Position numbers and translations under genes: made by a program
Shown here: positions 49,991-60,759 of the stretch, piece by piece
Position numbering within the stretch: position 1 is the stretch's first letter
Layout of the letters: every line of letters starts with the position of its first letter
Notes under the pieces: generated by a model
Told to the model about the DNA's origin: nothing
Seen by the model: only the letters and a program-made list of their open reading frames with translations
Databases searched by the model: none
Assembly (NCBI GenBank): GCA_963700285.1
Contig: CAVOXA010000001.1
Span: 928,001-992,000 of the forward strand
DNA length: 64,000 nt
Origin: an uncultured Chloroflexia bacterium
GTDB lineage: Bacteria > Chloroflexota > Anaerolineae > JAAYZQ01
Reading direction: 5' to 3'

Positions 49991-51208
49991 ATGACCCAAC
50001 CATGGAAGACCGACAAGTGGTACGTAAGCCCCTGGAACTTTTTTGATGAGGTGACCGCAGGGTTCGATTTCGCGCCACAGATCAAGATCCACGACATGAC
50101 CCTGCGCGATGGCGAGCAGCAGGCCGGCCTGGAGCTGCGCAAGGACGACAAGGTCCGCATCGCCGAGGCTCTGGCCGAGGCAGGCGTCCACCGCATCGAG
50201 GCTGGCATGCCAGCCGTCTCGAAACAGGATGAGGACGCCATCCGTGAGATCGTCAAGCGCGACCTGGGGCCCGAGATCTTTGCCTTCTGCCGCTGCGTGG
50301 TGGACGATGTGAAGCTAGCAGCGGACTGTGGCGTCAGTGGCATCGTCATCGAGATCCCGGCTTCCGAACACATCATTCAGAACGCCTACCAGTGGCCCGT
50401 GGAGAAAGCTATCGATCTATCGATCAAGGCCACCAGCGTGGCCAAAGAGCTGGGATTGTACACGGCCTTCTTTACCATCGACGCCACACGCGCCGACATC
50501 AATTGGCTCCTGGACCTTCTGGAAAGGGTAGCCACCGAGGGCCACATGGATTCGCTGGTGCTGGTGGACACCATGGGTGGAGCCCATCCAGGTGCCATCC
50601 GCTACTTTGCCGGCAAAGTCAAGGAGCGCTTCTCGCAACCCCTTGAAGCACACTTTCACAACGACTTTGGACTGGCCGTGGCCAACACGCTGGAGGCACT
50701 GGCGGCCGGCGTTGAGGTAGCCCACGTCACGGTGGGTGGCATGAGCGAGCGCGCAGGAGCCGCGGCCTTGGAAGAGGTTGTTGTCGCGCTGCTGGCCATG
50801 TACGGCATCGACGTAGGGATGAAGTATGACAAGTTGTATGACCTGACCCAACTGGCGACGTCGCTGACGGGACACGTCCTGGCACCCAACAAGGCCATCG
50901 TGGGCGAGGACCTCTTTACCATCGAGTCTGGCATCCCCGCAGCCTGGACGCGGCGCTGTCAAGGTGATCTGATCACTGAGGTCTTTCCCCTACACTGGGA
51001 CCTGATGGGCCACCCGGGCCCGAACATTGTCCTGGGCAAAGGCTCCGGTGCGCCATCCGTGGAAATCTGGCTGGAAGAGATGGGCCAGGAGGCCAGCCCA
51101 GCGCAAGTAGAGGCCTTGACGGTCATGGTCAAGGAGAAATCACTGGAGAAAAAGGGCCTGGTCACCAAGGATGAATTCAGGGCCATGACCGATGAGGTCC
51201 TTACCTGA
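49991..51208 (+). CDS. DRE-TIM metallolyase (LeuA / homocitrate synthase-like, no regulatory domain)
   Basis: DMTLRDGEQ, IEAG, DTMG, HFHNDFG, ERAG, NKAIVG. Confidence 0.85.
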   Translation: MTQPWKTDKWYVSPWNFFDEVTAGFDFAPQIKIHDMTLRDGEQQAGLELRKDDKVRIAEALAEAGVHRIEAGMPAVSKQDEDAIREIVKRDLGPEIFAFCRCVVDDVKLAADCGVSGIVIEIPASEHIIQNAYQWPVEKAIDLSIKATSVAKELGLYTAFFTIDATRADINWLLDLLERVATEGHMDSLVLVDTMGGAHPGAIRYFAGKVKERFSQPLEAHFHNDFGLAVANTLEALAAGVEVAHVTVGGMSERAGAAALEEVVVALLAMYGIDVGMKYDKLYDLTQLATSLTGHVLAPNKAIVGEDLFTIESGIPAAWTRRCQGDLITEVFPLHWDLMGHPGPNIVLGKGSGAPSVEIWLEEMGQEASPAQVEALTVMVKEKSLEKKGLVTKDEFRAMTDEVLT

Positions 51209-51370
51209 TCCCGGTCTTGCCGCAACGTGAGCAGATCACTCCTTGTGAAAGTGGCAAGTCTGCGCCTTGCTTGAACCTTCGCAAGGATGATTCTATTGGA
51301 GTGATATCGCTTGCCTTGGGAATCAACCTGTGGTATACAGGGGGCAACCCAGTCGGAAATGGAAGACGAC

Positions 51371-52584
51371 ATGACGACAGACACGCGCGGACCTGATGTA
51401 GGTCTGCAGAGGATATCGGAAGACCAGTACCTGCCCTGCACCCGCTGTGGTTTGTGCTCCCATGCCTGCCCAAGCTACCGCGCCTACCGCACCCAGACCT
51501 ACTCGGCACGTGGCCGAGTGGCTCTGCTTCGCGCTGTTAGTCAGGGAGACATGGAAGTCGGCGAGACCTATGGAGACAGGTTCTACACCTGTACCCTGTG
51601 CGCCGCCTGTGACCAGGTCTGTCCCAGCGGGGTGAAGGTGGAAGAGCTTTTGCTCGCCGGCCGGGAAGAGATCGCCCTCCGTGACCAGCTACCGCCGAAC
51701 CTGACGAACCTCAGCCAGGCCATCCACGAGAGCCACAATATCCTGGGCGAGGACAATGTCGCGCGCCAGCTCTGGGCGGAGAACATGGAGCGTCCGCCTT
51801 CGGGCAGTGCCAAAGAGATCGCCGAGGTAGCCTTTTTCGTGGGTTGTGTGAGTTCGCTCTTTCCGCGTAGCTATGCGGTCCCACAAACATTCGTCCAGAT
51901 CCTCGATACTGCCCAGGTGGACTATACCTTGCTGGGGGGGAAGAGTGGTGTTGCGGCTACCCGCTGATGGTCAATGGCCTGCTACCGGAAGCAGGGGATA
52001 TGATCCGCCACAACATCGCCGCGGTACATGCCAGGGGCGTCCGGATGGTCGTGTTTACCTGCCCGTCTTGCTACCACGTTTGGAAGCATGTCTACCCCGA
52101 CATCGCTGGGGCAGAAATGGGCGACCTGGAACTGCTGCACGCCACCGAGTACCTGGCCCGGCTCCTTGACGATCCACCTGCCTCGGGAGCCACTGCCGGG
52201 GATGGACAGAGGCTGCCTCTGCATGAGCTGGACCTGAGGGTGGCCTATCACGACCCCTGCGATCTGGGGCGCAAGAGCGGCGTTTACGAGGCGCCCCGCC
52301 GCGTCCTGCGCAGCATTCCGGGCGTGACGCTGGTAGAAATGGTCGACAACCGGGAGAATGCGCTGTGCTGCGGAGGTGGGGGAAACGTCGAGACCTATGA
52401 CCCTGACTTGGTTGCCGCAATCTCCAGCCGGCGTCTGGCCCAAGCCCAGCAGGCCGGCGCCCAGGCCATTGTGTCAGCCTGCCAGCAGTGCGAGCGGACC
52501 CTGGCCGCTGCGGCCCGCCGGGATCGCGTGCGGCTGCGGGTCATGGATATCGCCGAGATCGTCTGGAAGGCAGTGGAGAAATGA
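51371..52584 (+). CDS. Fe-S / CCG-domain oxidoreductase subunit (GlcF/HdrD-like; frameshift in the G-run at ~51935-51945)
   Basis: CTRCGLC...CP, CTLCAAC...CP, FVGC, CPSC, YHDPC, CCGGGG, ACQQC. Confidence 0.85.
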
Positions 52585-53966
52585 TTGAGGACAAAACGAT
52601 CGAAAGACTCTGCAATCTGGTGGGCGCGGAAAACGTACATTCCGCCGGTGAGGATCTGCATTGCCATGCTTTCGATGGCACGATTGCGCACCATGAGCCT
52701 GACCTTGTCGTGACACCCAGAAGCACAGAGGATGCCAGCCAGGTGCTCCGTGTCGCCTCCGAACAAGGCATCCCTGTCGTGCCGCAGGGGATGGCCAGCG
52801 GTCTGGCTGGCGGTTGCGTGCCCACTTCAGGGGGCATCGCCCTCAGCCTGACGCGCATGGACCGTATCCTGGAGATCGACCGTGCGAACATGACGGCCAC
52901 GGCCGAGGCGGGCCTGATCACGGCCGTGTTGCAAGAAGAGGTGGAGGCGCTGGGGCTCTTTTACCCGCCTGATCCTGGTAGTCTCAAACACTCTACGCTG
53001 GGCGGCAACGTGGCCTGCAACGCTGGCGGACCCCGCTGTCTGAAATACGGGGTGACCGGTGACTATGTCATGGGCCTGACCGTCGTACTGGCCGATGGTC
53101 GCGTATTGCGGACGGGGGGCAAGGCCATCAAAAACGTCACCGGCTACAACTTGACTCAGCTCTTCGTGGGCTCCGAGGGTACTCTGGGGGTTATTACCGA
53201 GGTTCTGATTGGGCTAATCCCCAAGCCAACCTACGTGCAGACTCTCCTTGGTATCTTTCCCCGGCTGGACGACGCCAGCCGCGCGGTCAACAGCGTGTTG
53301 GCCGCTGGCGTGGTCCCGGCCACCCTGGAGCTTATGGACGAGACGGCCATCGCTTGCATTGAGGAGTTCATGCACCTGGGCTTGCCTCTGGACAAGGAAG
53401 CGATCCTGATCTTGGAGGCAGATGGGAATGACGAGGCGGCCGTATTGCGCGAGATCAAGACAATCGCCGACCTGTGCCGCGAGAGCGGCGCCTCTGAGGT
53501 CCAGATGGCACAAAGCGAGGCGGAGCGGCAGGACCTGTGGCAAGCCCGGCGCAGCCTGCTTCCCTCCTTGGCGCGCCGCGCACCGAATCAGCTACTGGAG
53601 GACGTGACCGTACCGAGGAGCGAGATTCCAGCTATGGTACGGCGCGTCAAGGAGATCAGCCGCCGGTACGATCTGCCCCTCGTCGTGTTTGGTCACGCCG
53701 GCGATGGCAACCTGCATCCCACCATCCTGTTTGATAATCGGGACGAAACACGGTGGCCCCTGGTCGAACGCGCGGCCCATGACACCTTCCTTGCCGCGCT
53801 AGAGCTTGGCGGTACGCTCTCCGGCGAACACGGGATCGGGATGCTCAAACGGGACTATATGGAGCGCGCCCTGGGGTCGGTGTCCATCGAGGTACATCGC
53901 AACCTCAAGCACGCCCTGGATCCCCAGGGCATCCTGAATCCGGGGAAGGTATTCCCGCCCAACTAG
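52581..53966 (+). CDS. FAD-linked 2-hydroxyacid dehydrogenase subunit (GlcD-like)
   Basis: YPPDPGS, GGNVACNAGG, KYGVT, GSEGTLG, GHAGDGNLH, GEHGIG, LNPGK; ATGA overlap with the Fe-S subunit gene. Confidence 0.9.
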   Translation: MIEDKTIERLCNLVGAENVHSAGEDLHCHAFDGTIAHHEPDLVVTPRSTEDASQVLRVASEQGIPVVPQGMASGLAGGCVPTSGGIALSLTRMDRILEIDRANMTATAEAGLITAVLQEEVEALGLFYPPDPGSLKHSTLGGNVACNAGGPRCLKYGVTGDYVMGLTVVLADGRVLRTGGKAIKNVTGYNLTQLFVGSEGTLGVITEVLIGLIPKPTYVQTLLGIFPRLDDASRAVNSVLAAGVVPATLELMDETAIACIEEFMHLGLPLDKEAILILEADGNDEAAVLREIKTIADLCRESGASEVQMAQSEAERQDLWQARRSLLPSLARRAPNQLLEDVTVPRSEIPAMVRRVKEISRRYDLPLVVFGHAGDGNLHPTILFDNRDETRWPLVERAAHDTFLAALELGGTLSGEHGIGMLKRDYMERALGSVSIEVHRNLKHALDPQGILNPGKVFPPN

Positions 53967-54052
53967 TCGGAGGTGGGGCGTTGCTCTCTGCGCTGGGGAA
54001 TAATCCAGGAGGGGCAAGATACCAGACAGTGGCTTGAACGTAGCCCTGACGG

Positions 54053-54907
54053 CTAAAGGTCCGGTCCGACCATCTCCAGCTGGAAGCATTCCGGCTGTGT
54101 CGTTGAATGCAGGTACCCGGCTGCAATCTCGGGATGGTGCTCGAAAACGAGCAGTACCTGGTTCTCGACGGCCCAACGCGCCAGACGCCGCTTGGTCTCA
54201 ATGCTAACCAGGGGTTGTACGTCGTAGGCAGCGACGCAGGCCAGCCACTCGATGTGGATGGGCCACGTAGCCACATCCCCCAAAAAGATCGCTGTCTGTC
54301 CGCGGCTTTCCACGACGACGCACTGGTGGCCTGGAGTGTGTCCTGGAGTGAGGATGACACAAACCTCGCTGGTTAACCGCGTGTCGCCCTGCAATATGCG
54401 CAACTGCCCCGATCGCTCCAGCGGTTCAAAGTTTGCTGCATGGTAGACGGCCCTGGTTCGCTCGTTGGGATACATTGCCTCAGAGATCTCCAGGCGCTGG
54501 ACGCAGTAGGTGGCGTGGGGAAAGACGGGCACAAGATTGCCGCTCTCGTCATAGTGTGTGTTGCCTCCACAGTGATCGCCGTGCAAGTGGGTGTTGATCA
54601 CCATGTCTATGTCCTGTGGCCGAATACCCAGTGCACCCAAACTGCACAGAAGACGCCGCTCACCTTCTAGATCGACAAAGGAACGTTCTTTGTCTGACAT
54701 CTTGTCACCGGAGCCGGTGTCTACCAGTATGCGTTGTCCGTCCGTCTCGATGAGCAAGCAGCGCTGCTCCAGGGGAACGCGGTTCGATTCATCTGGCTGT
54801 CTGATCAGCTGCCACTCTTCCTTGGGCATAGTCCCAAACAGGCCACCTCCGTCCGACCAATACAAACCATCAGAAACGAGGCGCAGATCCACGTTACCGA
54901 GACGCAT
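54053..54907 (-). CDS. MBL-fold hydrolase, YtnP-like
   Basis: DGGGLFG, VDTG, THLHGDHCGG, TPGHTPGH, AYD, FEH. Confidence 0.85.
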   Translation of the reverse strand: MRLGNVDLRLVSDGLYWSDGGGLFGTMPKEEWQLIRQPDESNRVPLEQRCLLIETDGQRILVDTGSGDKMSDKERSFVDLEGERRLLCSLGALGIRPQDIDMVINTHLHGDHCGGNTHYDESGNLVPVFPHATYCVQRLEISEAMYPNERTRAVYHAANFEPLERSGQLRILQGDTRLTSEVCVILTPGHTPGHQCVVVESRGQTAIFLGDVATWPIHIEWLACVAAYDVQPLVSIETKRRLARWAVENQVLLVFEHHPEIAAGYLHSTTQPECFQLEMVGPDL

Positions 54908-55081
54908 CGTTTATTCCCTCGGGTGAATTGAGCTGTCGATCACAGCCTGGTACCCGCATTCTAGCATCAAAGAGCGCAAAGACCAAACAAAGGACCGAAG
55001 CGTACGAAGGGAGAGTAGCAATCTTGATGGTGCCGGATGTCTTATGCCAACCGCGTCCCGTAGGCGGTCGTTCCTCGTTGC

Positions 55082-56715
55082 TCATCCGCCCGGCGTATGG
55101 GAGGGGGGCGGACCCGTCGCCCCGGCGCGGGCGGCCTCGCGGTCGAGATACCCGGGTGGGACAGTGCCCTCTATCATCGCCCAGGGGAGCGCCTCGTCAT
55201 CGGCTCGCTGGCCAAGTAGTTCTCCAGGGGACAGATCCGCCTCGGCCAGCGCCTCTCGCCAGGCTGCCGGTGTCAGGCGCTCGGTGGCCAGGATCGCCTT
55301 GGCCACGCGCCGGTCTCCCCGGGCCAGCGTGCCCTGAATCTCGGCCCAGGCCGGGCTCTCTGACTTGACAGCAATGTTGCGCTTGCGCAGAACTCTCTCG
55401 ACGTAACCTATTCTTCGCCTGACTGTCTTGGCTGGTGTCTGGGCCAAGCGTTGGAAGGGCGTGTGGGCCTTGGGCACAAAAGGCGTGAGGTTCACTGTTA
55501 CCAGCCGTGGAAAGCGACCCGCGCAGGCCAGCGCCAGGTCAACCAGAGCTTCCAGGTCGCTCTCATCTTCGGTGGGCAACCCTACCATGAAGTAGAGCTT
55601 GACCTGTTCAAAGCCGTACAGTGCAGCGAGTTCTGTGGCGCGCAGCACGTCGTCCTCGCTCTGGTCCTTGTTGACGACTGCCCGCAGTCGCTGCGAACCA
55701 GCCTCAGGGGCGATGGTCAGCGTCCGAGCGCCTGACTCCGCCAAAGCCCGGATCAGCGGTTCTGACACAGGATCCACGCGCATGGAGGAGACGCTGATCC
55801 GTGCGCCCAGCGCCCGCAGTTCTACAGCCAACTGGTCGATCTGTCGATGGTCGGAGACAGCTGCGCTGACCAGGCCGATGCGTTCGGTGTGGTTCAGCAG
55901 CTTGCGCGCCTGGTCCAGGATGCTCTCCACGGACCGCTGCCGGGCAGGGCGATAGGTATAGCCTGCCAGGCAGAAGCGGCAGCCGCGGCCGCAGCCCCGG
56001 GCAATCTCGATGAGGCCCATGTCCGCGAATTCGGTGTCGGGGGTGAGGATGACCGAATGGGTCGGGAAGGCGTCCAGATCTGGGAGGTACTGGCGGGCGA
56101 CAGGTTTTCGGGTTGCAGTTTCGGGCTCGGCGTTCGGCAGGTAGAGGCCAGGGATCTGCGAGAGGGCTTCCAGCGCCCTATCACGATCGTCGGTGACCAG
56201 GTGCAGGGCATCGGTGAGGGGGCCAAAGATAGGTTCCACTTCGCCGACAACGACGGCATCCAGCAGGGGAGCCAGAGGTTCAGGGTTGGCGGACAAGGCC
56301 GGCCCCCCTGCAATGATCAGGGGGTGGCTTTCGTCACGGTTGGCAGCCAGGGGTGGGATGCCTGCAGCCCGGAGCAAGAGCACCAGGTTAAAGTAGTCCA
56401 TCTCGTAGCTGAGGGAGAAGGCGATGACGGGAAAGTAGTCAAGCGGCGAGCCACTCTCCAGGGCAGACGGAGATACGGAGTTCTGTCCGGTCTGCGTTGC
56501 GATGCGCAGGCGGCACAAAGACGCGCTCGCACACGACGTCTTGCCGGGCATTCCACAGCCCGTATAGCGAGTGCAGGGCCAGGCTGGACATGCCCAGGTA
56601 GTAGGTGTTGGGGAAGGCGAGAGCGATGGGCAGCCTCCCGCCCCAGTCCTTCCGGACCGTGCCGCGTTCCTTATCCAGGACGCGATTTAGCTCAGCCGCT
56701 CTGTTGCCAGCTCAT
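55082..56715 (-). CDS. Radical SAM protein of the TIGR03960-related group (frameshifts near the 5' end)
   Basis: RGCGRGCRFC, TIAPE, KLYFMVGLP, FVPKAHTPFQ. An upstream frame gives RKDWGGRLPIALAFPNTYYLGMSSL. Confidence 0.85.
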
Positions 56716-56736
56716 ACTTGTGGGTGATGGACATGG

Positions 56737-57417
56737 CTAGTTGGCTCCCGATCCAGGTGTCTCCAGGGAACCATAGATCCAACGACTTAGTTGAATGGTC
56801 CAGTCGCGGGGTAAGCCCCAGCCCTCCAAGACAGTGGAGACGATGCCGACTGCTTCTCGGGCACTCAACCAGGCGCGGTTGGGCCAGGGAATGGCCGCCA
56901 GATCTGTGCTGGTCGGGCTGGGGTAGACGGTGACCCCCTGCCCCTCGAACAGAATGCGGGCGCGTTCCAGGTGAAGGGGGTGGCTTACCAGGATGGCTGT
57001 CTGCAGGCCATGATTGGCAAGCAGGTTGCGGGTGCTGATCGCGTCCTCCTGTGTGGTCATGGCCCCATCCGCCAGCAGTACTTTCTTGGCAGGCACTCCT
57101 TGGGAGACGGCCAAGTTGCAGGCCACCGATGCTGCGGATAGTTGATCGTCCTGATAGCCTCCGGTGCAGATCAGGTAGGGAGCCAGCCCCTGCTGAAAAA
57201 GGCGGACACCGTGCAAGGTACGCGAAGTCAAGTCGGGACCGGGCTGGCCGTCCGCTTCAACACGGGCACCCAAGACGACGATGGCGTCTGCTGGTTGGGA
57301 CTGGTCGCGGGCGCCTGTGCGGTTGATCTGCCAGGCGAGGGCCAGAAATGCTGCTATGCCTGCCAGTAGCAGCAGAGCCATCCCCATCACAATGGTGCGA
57401 ACAAGCTGGCGGAGCAT
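56737..57417 (-). CDS. YdcF/DUF218 family protein
   Basis: N-terminal TM helix, DAIVVLGA, TGG, VSHPLHLERA, REA. Confidence 0.88.
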   Translation of the reverse strand: MLRQLVRTIVMGMALLLLAGIAAFLALAWQINRTGARDQSQPADAIVVLGARVEADGQPGPDLTSRTLHGVRLFQQGLAPYLICTGGYQDDQLSAASVACNLAVSQGVPAKKVLLADGAMTTQEDAISTRNLLANHGLQTAILVSHPLHLERARILFEGQGVTVYPSPTSTDLAAIPWPNRAWLSAREAVGIVSTVLEGWGLPRDWTIQLSRWIYGSLETPGSGAN

Positions 57418-57423
57418 GGCGCA

Positions 57424-57432
57424 ATTATAGCA
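57424..57432 (-). promoter_or_regulatory. Extended -10 promoter, probably giving a leaderless ydcF mRNA
   Basis: TGCTATAAT-TGCGCC-ATG. Confidence 0.65.
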
Positions 57433-57510
57433 CAGATCTGAGGGTAGCGAAAGCAGTCGAGCGACTGCTGTTTCCTCCAGGAATCTGTGAACTCTGGAAG
57501 CCAGGACGGT

Positions 57511-59924
57511 CTAGCACTCACTGTAGCCGCAATTCAGGCACTTGCGGCAGCCCTCCATCGACACGTAAGATCCCTCGCCACAGTCGGGACACAGGTCCGC
57601 CTTGGTGCTGGGGATGGCAATTGGTAGAGCCAGTTGCTCTGGCGGCTGCTCGGAATCGACCACGGCAATGTGGCGGGCTAGTACCTGGGCAATGGCGTCG
57701 GGCAGGGATCGCACGCGATTGGGACCAAAGCCCAGCGGCCGCCGGCCGCCAATGCCGGAGAGTTGGTCGATGACCTCTGTCAGCCGCTCCTGGGCGGTGA
57801 GAGGGGAGGGCATGCGCAGCGCCAGACTGATCAGCCGGCCGATGGCTTCGGCCACAGCGGCGGTGTCGGAGCCGGCTTTGCCCACGTTGGCAAACACTTC
57901 GAAGGGATCTTTGTTGCCGTTCTGATTGATGGTGATGTAGGCGGTTCCCAGCGGCGTCGGCGTGCGGTAGGTGGTGCCAAGTAGGGTCATCGGCCGGGGT
58001 TTGCGTGATTCGGCCTGATAGTCTACCCGTTTTCTTGGCTGCCTTATCTCCTTGAAGCTCCAGCACCACCTTTTCTCGGGAACCTGTCACATAGACTGTC
58101 AGACCCCTGCAACCCAATCGCCACGCCAGGCGGTAGGCATGAGCGATGTCAGCCGGTGTGGCATCTTCTGGAAAGTTGATGGTTTTTGAGATGCTGTTGT
58201 CCACAAACGCCTGAATGGCAGCCTGCATTCGCACATGCTCCTCAGCAGGGATGTCATTGGCTACGACAAAGACATGGCGTATCTCGTCAGGCACTTTGGG
58301 GACATTCTGGCAACTGCCGGTCAAGGAAACCTGCTGGACGATGCGATTGCAGGCATCTTCATCCAGCCTGGCATCCTGGAGTGCACGCATGAACAGCGGG
58401 CTGGAGTAGGTCAGTTCAACGTCCGTGTCATGATCTTGAAATGGCGTATGTAGGCCAGGGCAAAGGCCGGTTCGCAGCCATAGGCCTCGCAGCCAGAGAC
58501 CGTGGCGATGGTGCCGGTGGGAGCGACGGTTGTCTGGGCGGCATTTCGGATGCCATGAGCCTTGATGCCCTGGACAATCTCGCTCCAGTCGAGGATAGGG
58601 CGGCCAAAATCGTGGATGTACGGCGAGAGAGGGGTGGGTGGGCGCCACTGAAGATTGGCCGGATCATAGATGCTGCCTTCAATGGTCGGAAAGCTACCCC
58701 TGGTTTTGGCCCGGTCGACACTGGTGCGCATGGTGTGGTAGCGGATGAACTCCATCACCTGAGCAGCCAACTCTTCACTCTCGGGGCTGCCATAGCGGAT
58801 GCCTACCCGGAACATGAGATCGCCGAGGCCCATGATCCCCAGCCCAATACGTCTGGCACGGTGGGCCGACTCTTCGATCTCTGGTACGGCAGGCACGTAC
58901 TTGTTGGCGTCTACCACATTGTCCAGAAATTGAGTAGCCAGCTCGACCGTCTCCTGAAGCTTGGCCCAGTCCACATTGTCCTTCTGGCGTCGTGTGCTGC
59001 GCCAGGTTGACCGAACCAAGACAGCAGTTCTCATAGGGTCCCAGCCACTGCTCCCCACATGGATTCGTGGCTTCCAGTTCGTACAGGTGCGGAACAGGGT
59101 TGCTGCGGTTTGCGACGTCCAGAAAGAGCACGCCTGGCTCGCCATTGCGGTGGGCGTGTGTGACAATCTCGTCAAAGACCTCTCGGGCGTTGAGCTGTTT
59201 CCACACGCTGCCATCCTGGGGGTTGACGAGTTCGTATTCCTCGTCTGCCTCCACGGCTCGCATGAAAGCGTCTGTGATCCCAACTGAGATGTTAAAGTTC
59301 GCAATGTCCCCTTCCTGGCCCTTGCAGCGTATGAAATCCAGGATGTCGGGATGATCCACGCGGAGCACAGCCATGTTGGCGCCCCGGCGCGTGCCGCCCT
59401 GGGCAATCTCGCCGAACGCTTTGTCATAGACCCGCAAAAACCCAACCGGGCCGGTTGCCACACCCTTGCTGGTGCTGACCTGGGCTCCCTTGGGACGCAA
59501 CCGTGAGAAGGAGAAGCCGTTGCCTCCGCCGGTCTGCTGGATCAGCGCCGCCACGCGCAGTGTGGAGAAAATGCCTGCCGGATCGCGCCCCATGTCGTCA
59601 TGAATGGGCAGGACAAAACAGGCAGCAAGCTGGCCGAGCGGCGTCCCCGCCCCGGTGAAGGTGGGGGAGTTGGGCATGAATCGGAAGGAGGTCAGCATCC
59701 TGTAGAAGGCACCTGCGGCGGCAGTGGTATCCTCTCCGTATTCAGCGCCTGGCGCCGCCACCACACTGGCCACTCGCCAGAACATCTGCGTTGGGAGTCT
59801 CTGCTGGCTCACCATCTGGTCCATGCCGCAGATAGCGTTTGTGCAGAACGGTCAGGGCGTTGTCGCTCAGCGGTATTTCCCCGTCCAACCAGGACGGGAT
59901 GTCGTCTGTAGGGTCTTGCATCAT
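57511..59924 (-). CDS. nrdJ: Class II adenosylcobalamin-dependent ribonucleotide reductase (several frameshifts)
   Basis: [46 protein letters not shown]-terminal zinc ribbon [14 protein letters not shown], across five called ORFs. Confidence 0.92.
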
Positions 59925-59975
59925 GACTTTGCTTTGCTCAGGCATTCTGCTTTCTCGCTTATGTTCAGCTTACGG

Positions 59976-60468
59976 CTACAGATCGAGTTTCATCTGAGCT
60001 TTGTGAATCGTCTCCTGCTGCCGGCGTTCAAGCAGGCTCTCAATCTCGTCAGCCAGGTCTTCAACGTCGGCAAAGCGGCGGTAGATCGTGGCGAATCGAA
60101 TGTAGGCTACCTCGTCCAGCTTGCGCAGGTTCTGCATCACCATCTCACCAATCTCGCGGCTTGTTACCTCGCGGCTGCCCCGGTGATAGAGTTCGCTTTC
60201 GATGCCGCTGACCAATTCCTCGATGCTGTCTGTGGCCACCGGTCGCTTGGCGCAAGCGATCTGAACTCCATCGACGATCTTGTCGCGGTCGAACGGTTCC
60301 CGCCGGCCATCTCGCTTGACGACCATCAGCCGCAGGGGCGCCACCCGCTCGTAGGTCGTGAACCGCCGCTGGCAGTCCTCACATTCCCGCCGCCGGCGAA
60401 TACCGCTCCTCGGCACTGCGCGTATCGATAACGCGAGAGTTTGTTGAAGCGCAAAACGGACACTTCAT
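59976..60468 (-). CDS. nrdR: Transcriptional repressor NrdR (frameshift ~60410)
   Basis: MKCPFC...VIDTR, then [19 protein letters not shown]-cone, VAYIRFA. Confidence 0.95.
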
Positions 60469-60585
60469 GATTCCACTCCGGTAGCAATCCTGGGCCGTTG
60501 GGAGACAAGATGGTCAGGTTGATCCCAAGGGGACCTGCGAAAACAATGGGAACGCTTCACCAGGAAGGTTTCCACACCGCTTTTG

Positions 60586-60633
60586 GCACTATATCTCGTG
60601 GGTATTGAGCACATGATCCACAAGATGTGGTAG
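60586..60633. promoter_or_regulatory. Tandem NrdR boxes
   Basis: GCACTATATCTCGTGG (60586-60601) and CCACAAGATGTGGTAG (60618-60633) match acaCwAtATaTwGtgt and are 32 bp apart. Confidence 0.85.
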
Positions 60634-60640
60634 CCAGACA

Positions 60641-60669
60641 ACTATACCACAAACTGGCCAAGACTGCAA
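60641..60669 (-). promoter_or_regulatory. Sigma70 promoter of nrdR-nrdJ
   Basis: TTGCAG-17 bp-TATAGT with an extended TG; the NrdR boxes lie just downstream. Confidence 0.75.
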
Positions 60670-60720
60670 GCGGCGGGCAGCCTTGCTTGGGTAATGTCCG
60701 CCTGGTTTTAACTTTGCGTT

Positions 60721-60759
60721 CAAACACAACTCGCCCCCTTTCGATGGAAAGGGGGCGAG
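60721..60759 (-). terminator. Probable intrinsic terminator of ftsQ-ftsA-ftsZ
   Basis: 13-bp perfect stem CTCGCCCCCTTTC / GAAAGGGGGCGAG followed on the minus strand by TTGTGTTTG. Confidence 0.7.

Noticed and set aside
51272-51286. AACCTTCG(C/A)-type short palindromes (also ~7471 and GACCTGACAGG at ~19415) as a REP family
   Set aside because: These are isolated degenerate half-units, too short to support without genome-wide counts.
60470-60720. Cobalamin riboswitch upstream of nrdR-nrdJ
   Set aside because: No recognisable B12-box or GGGAA/GCCACTG arrangement was seen; the region is explained by the promoter and NrdR boxes.
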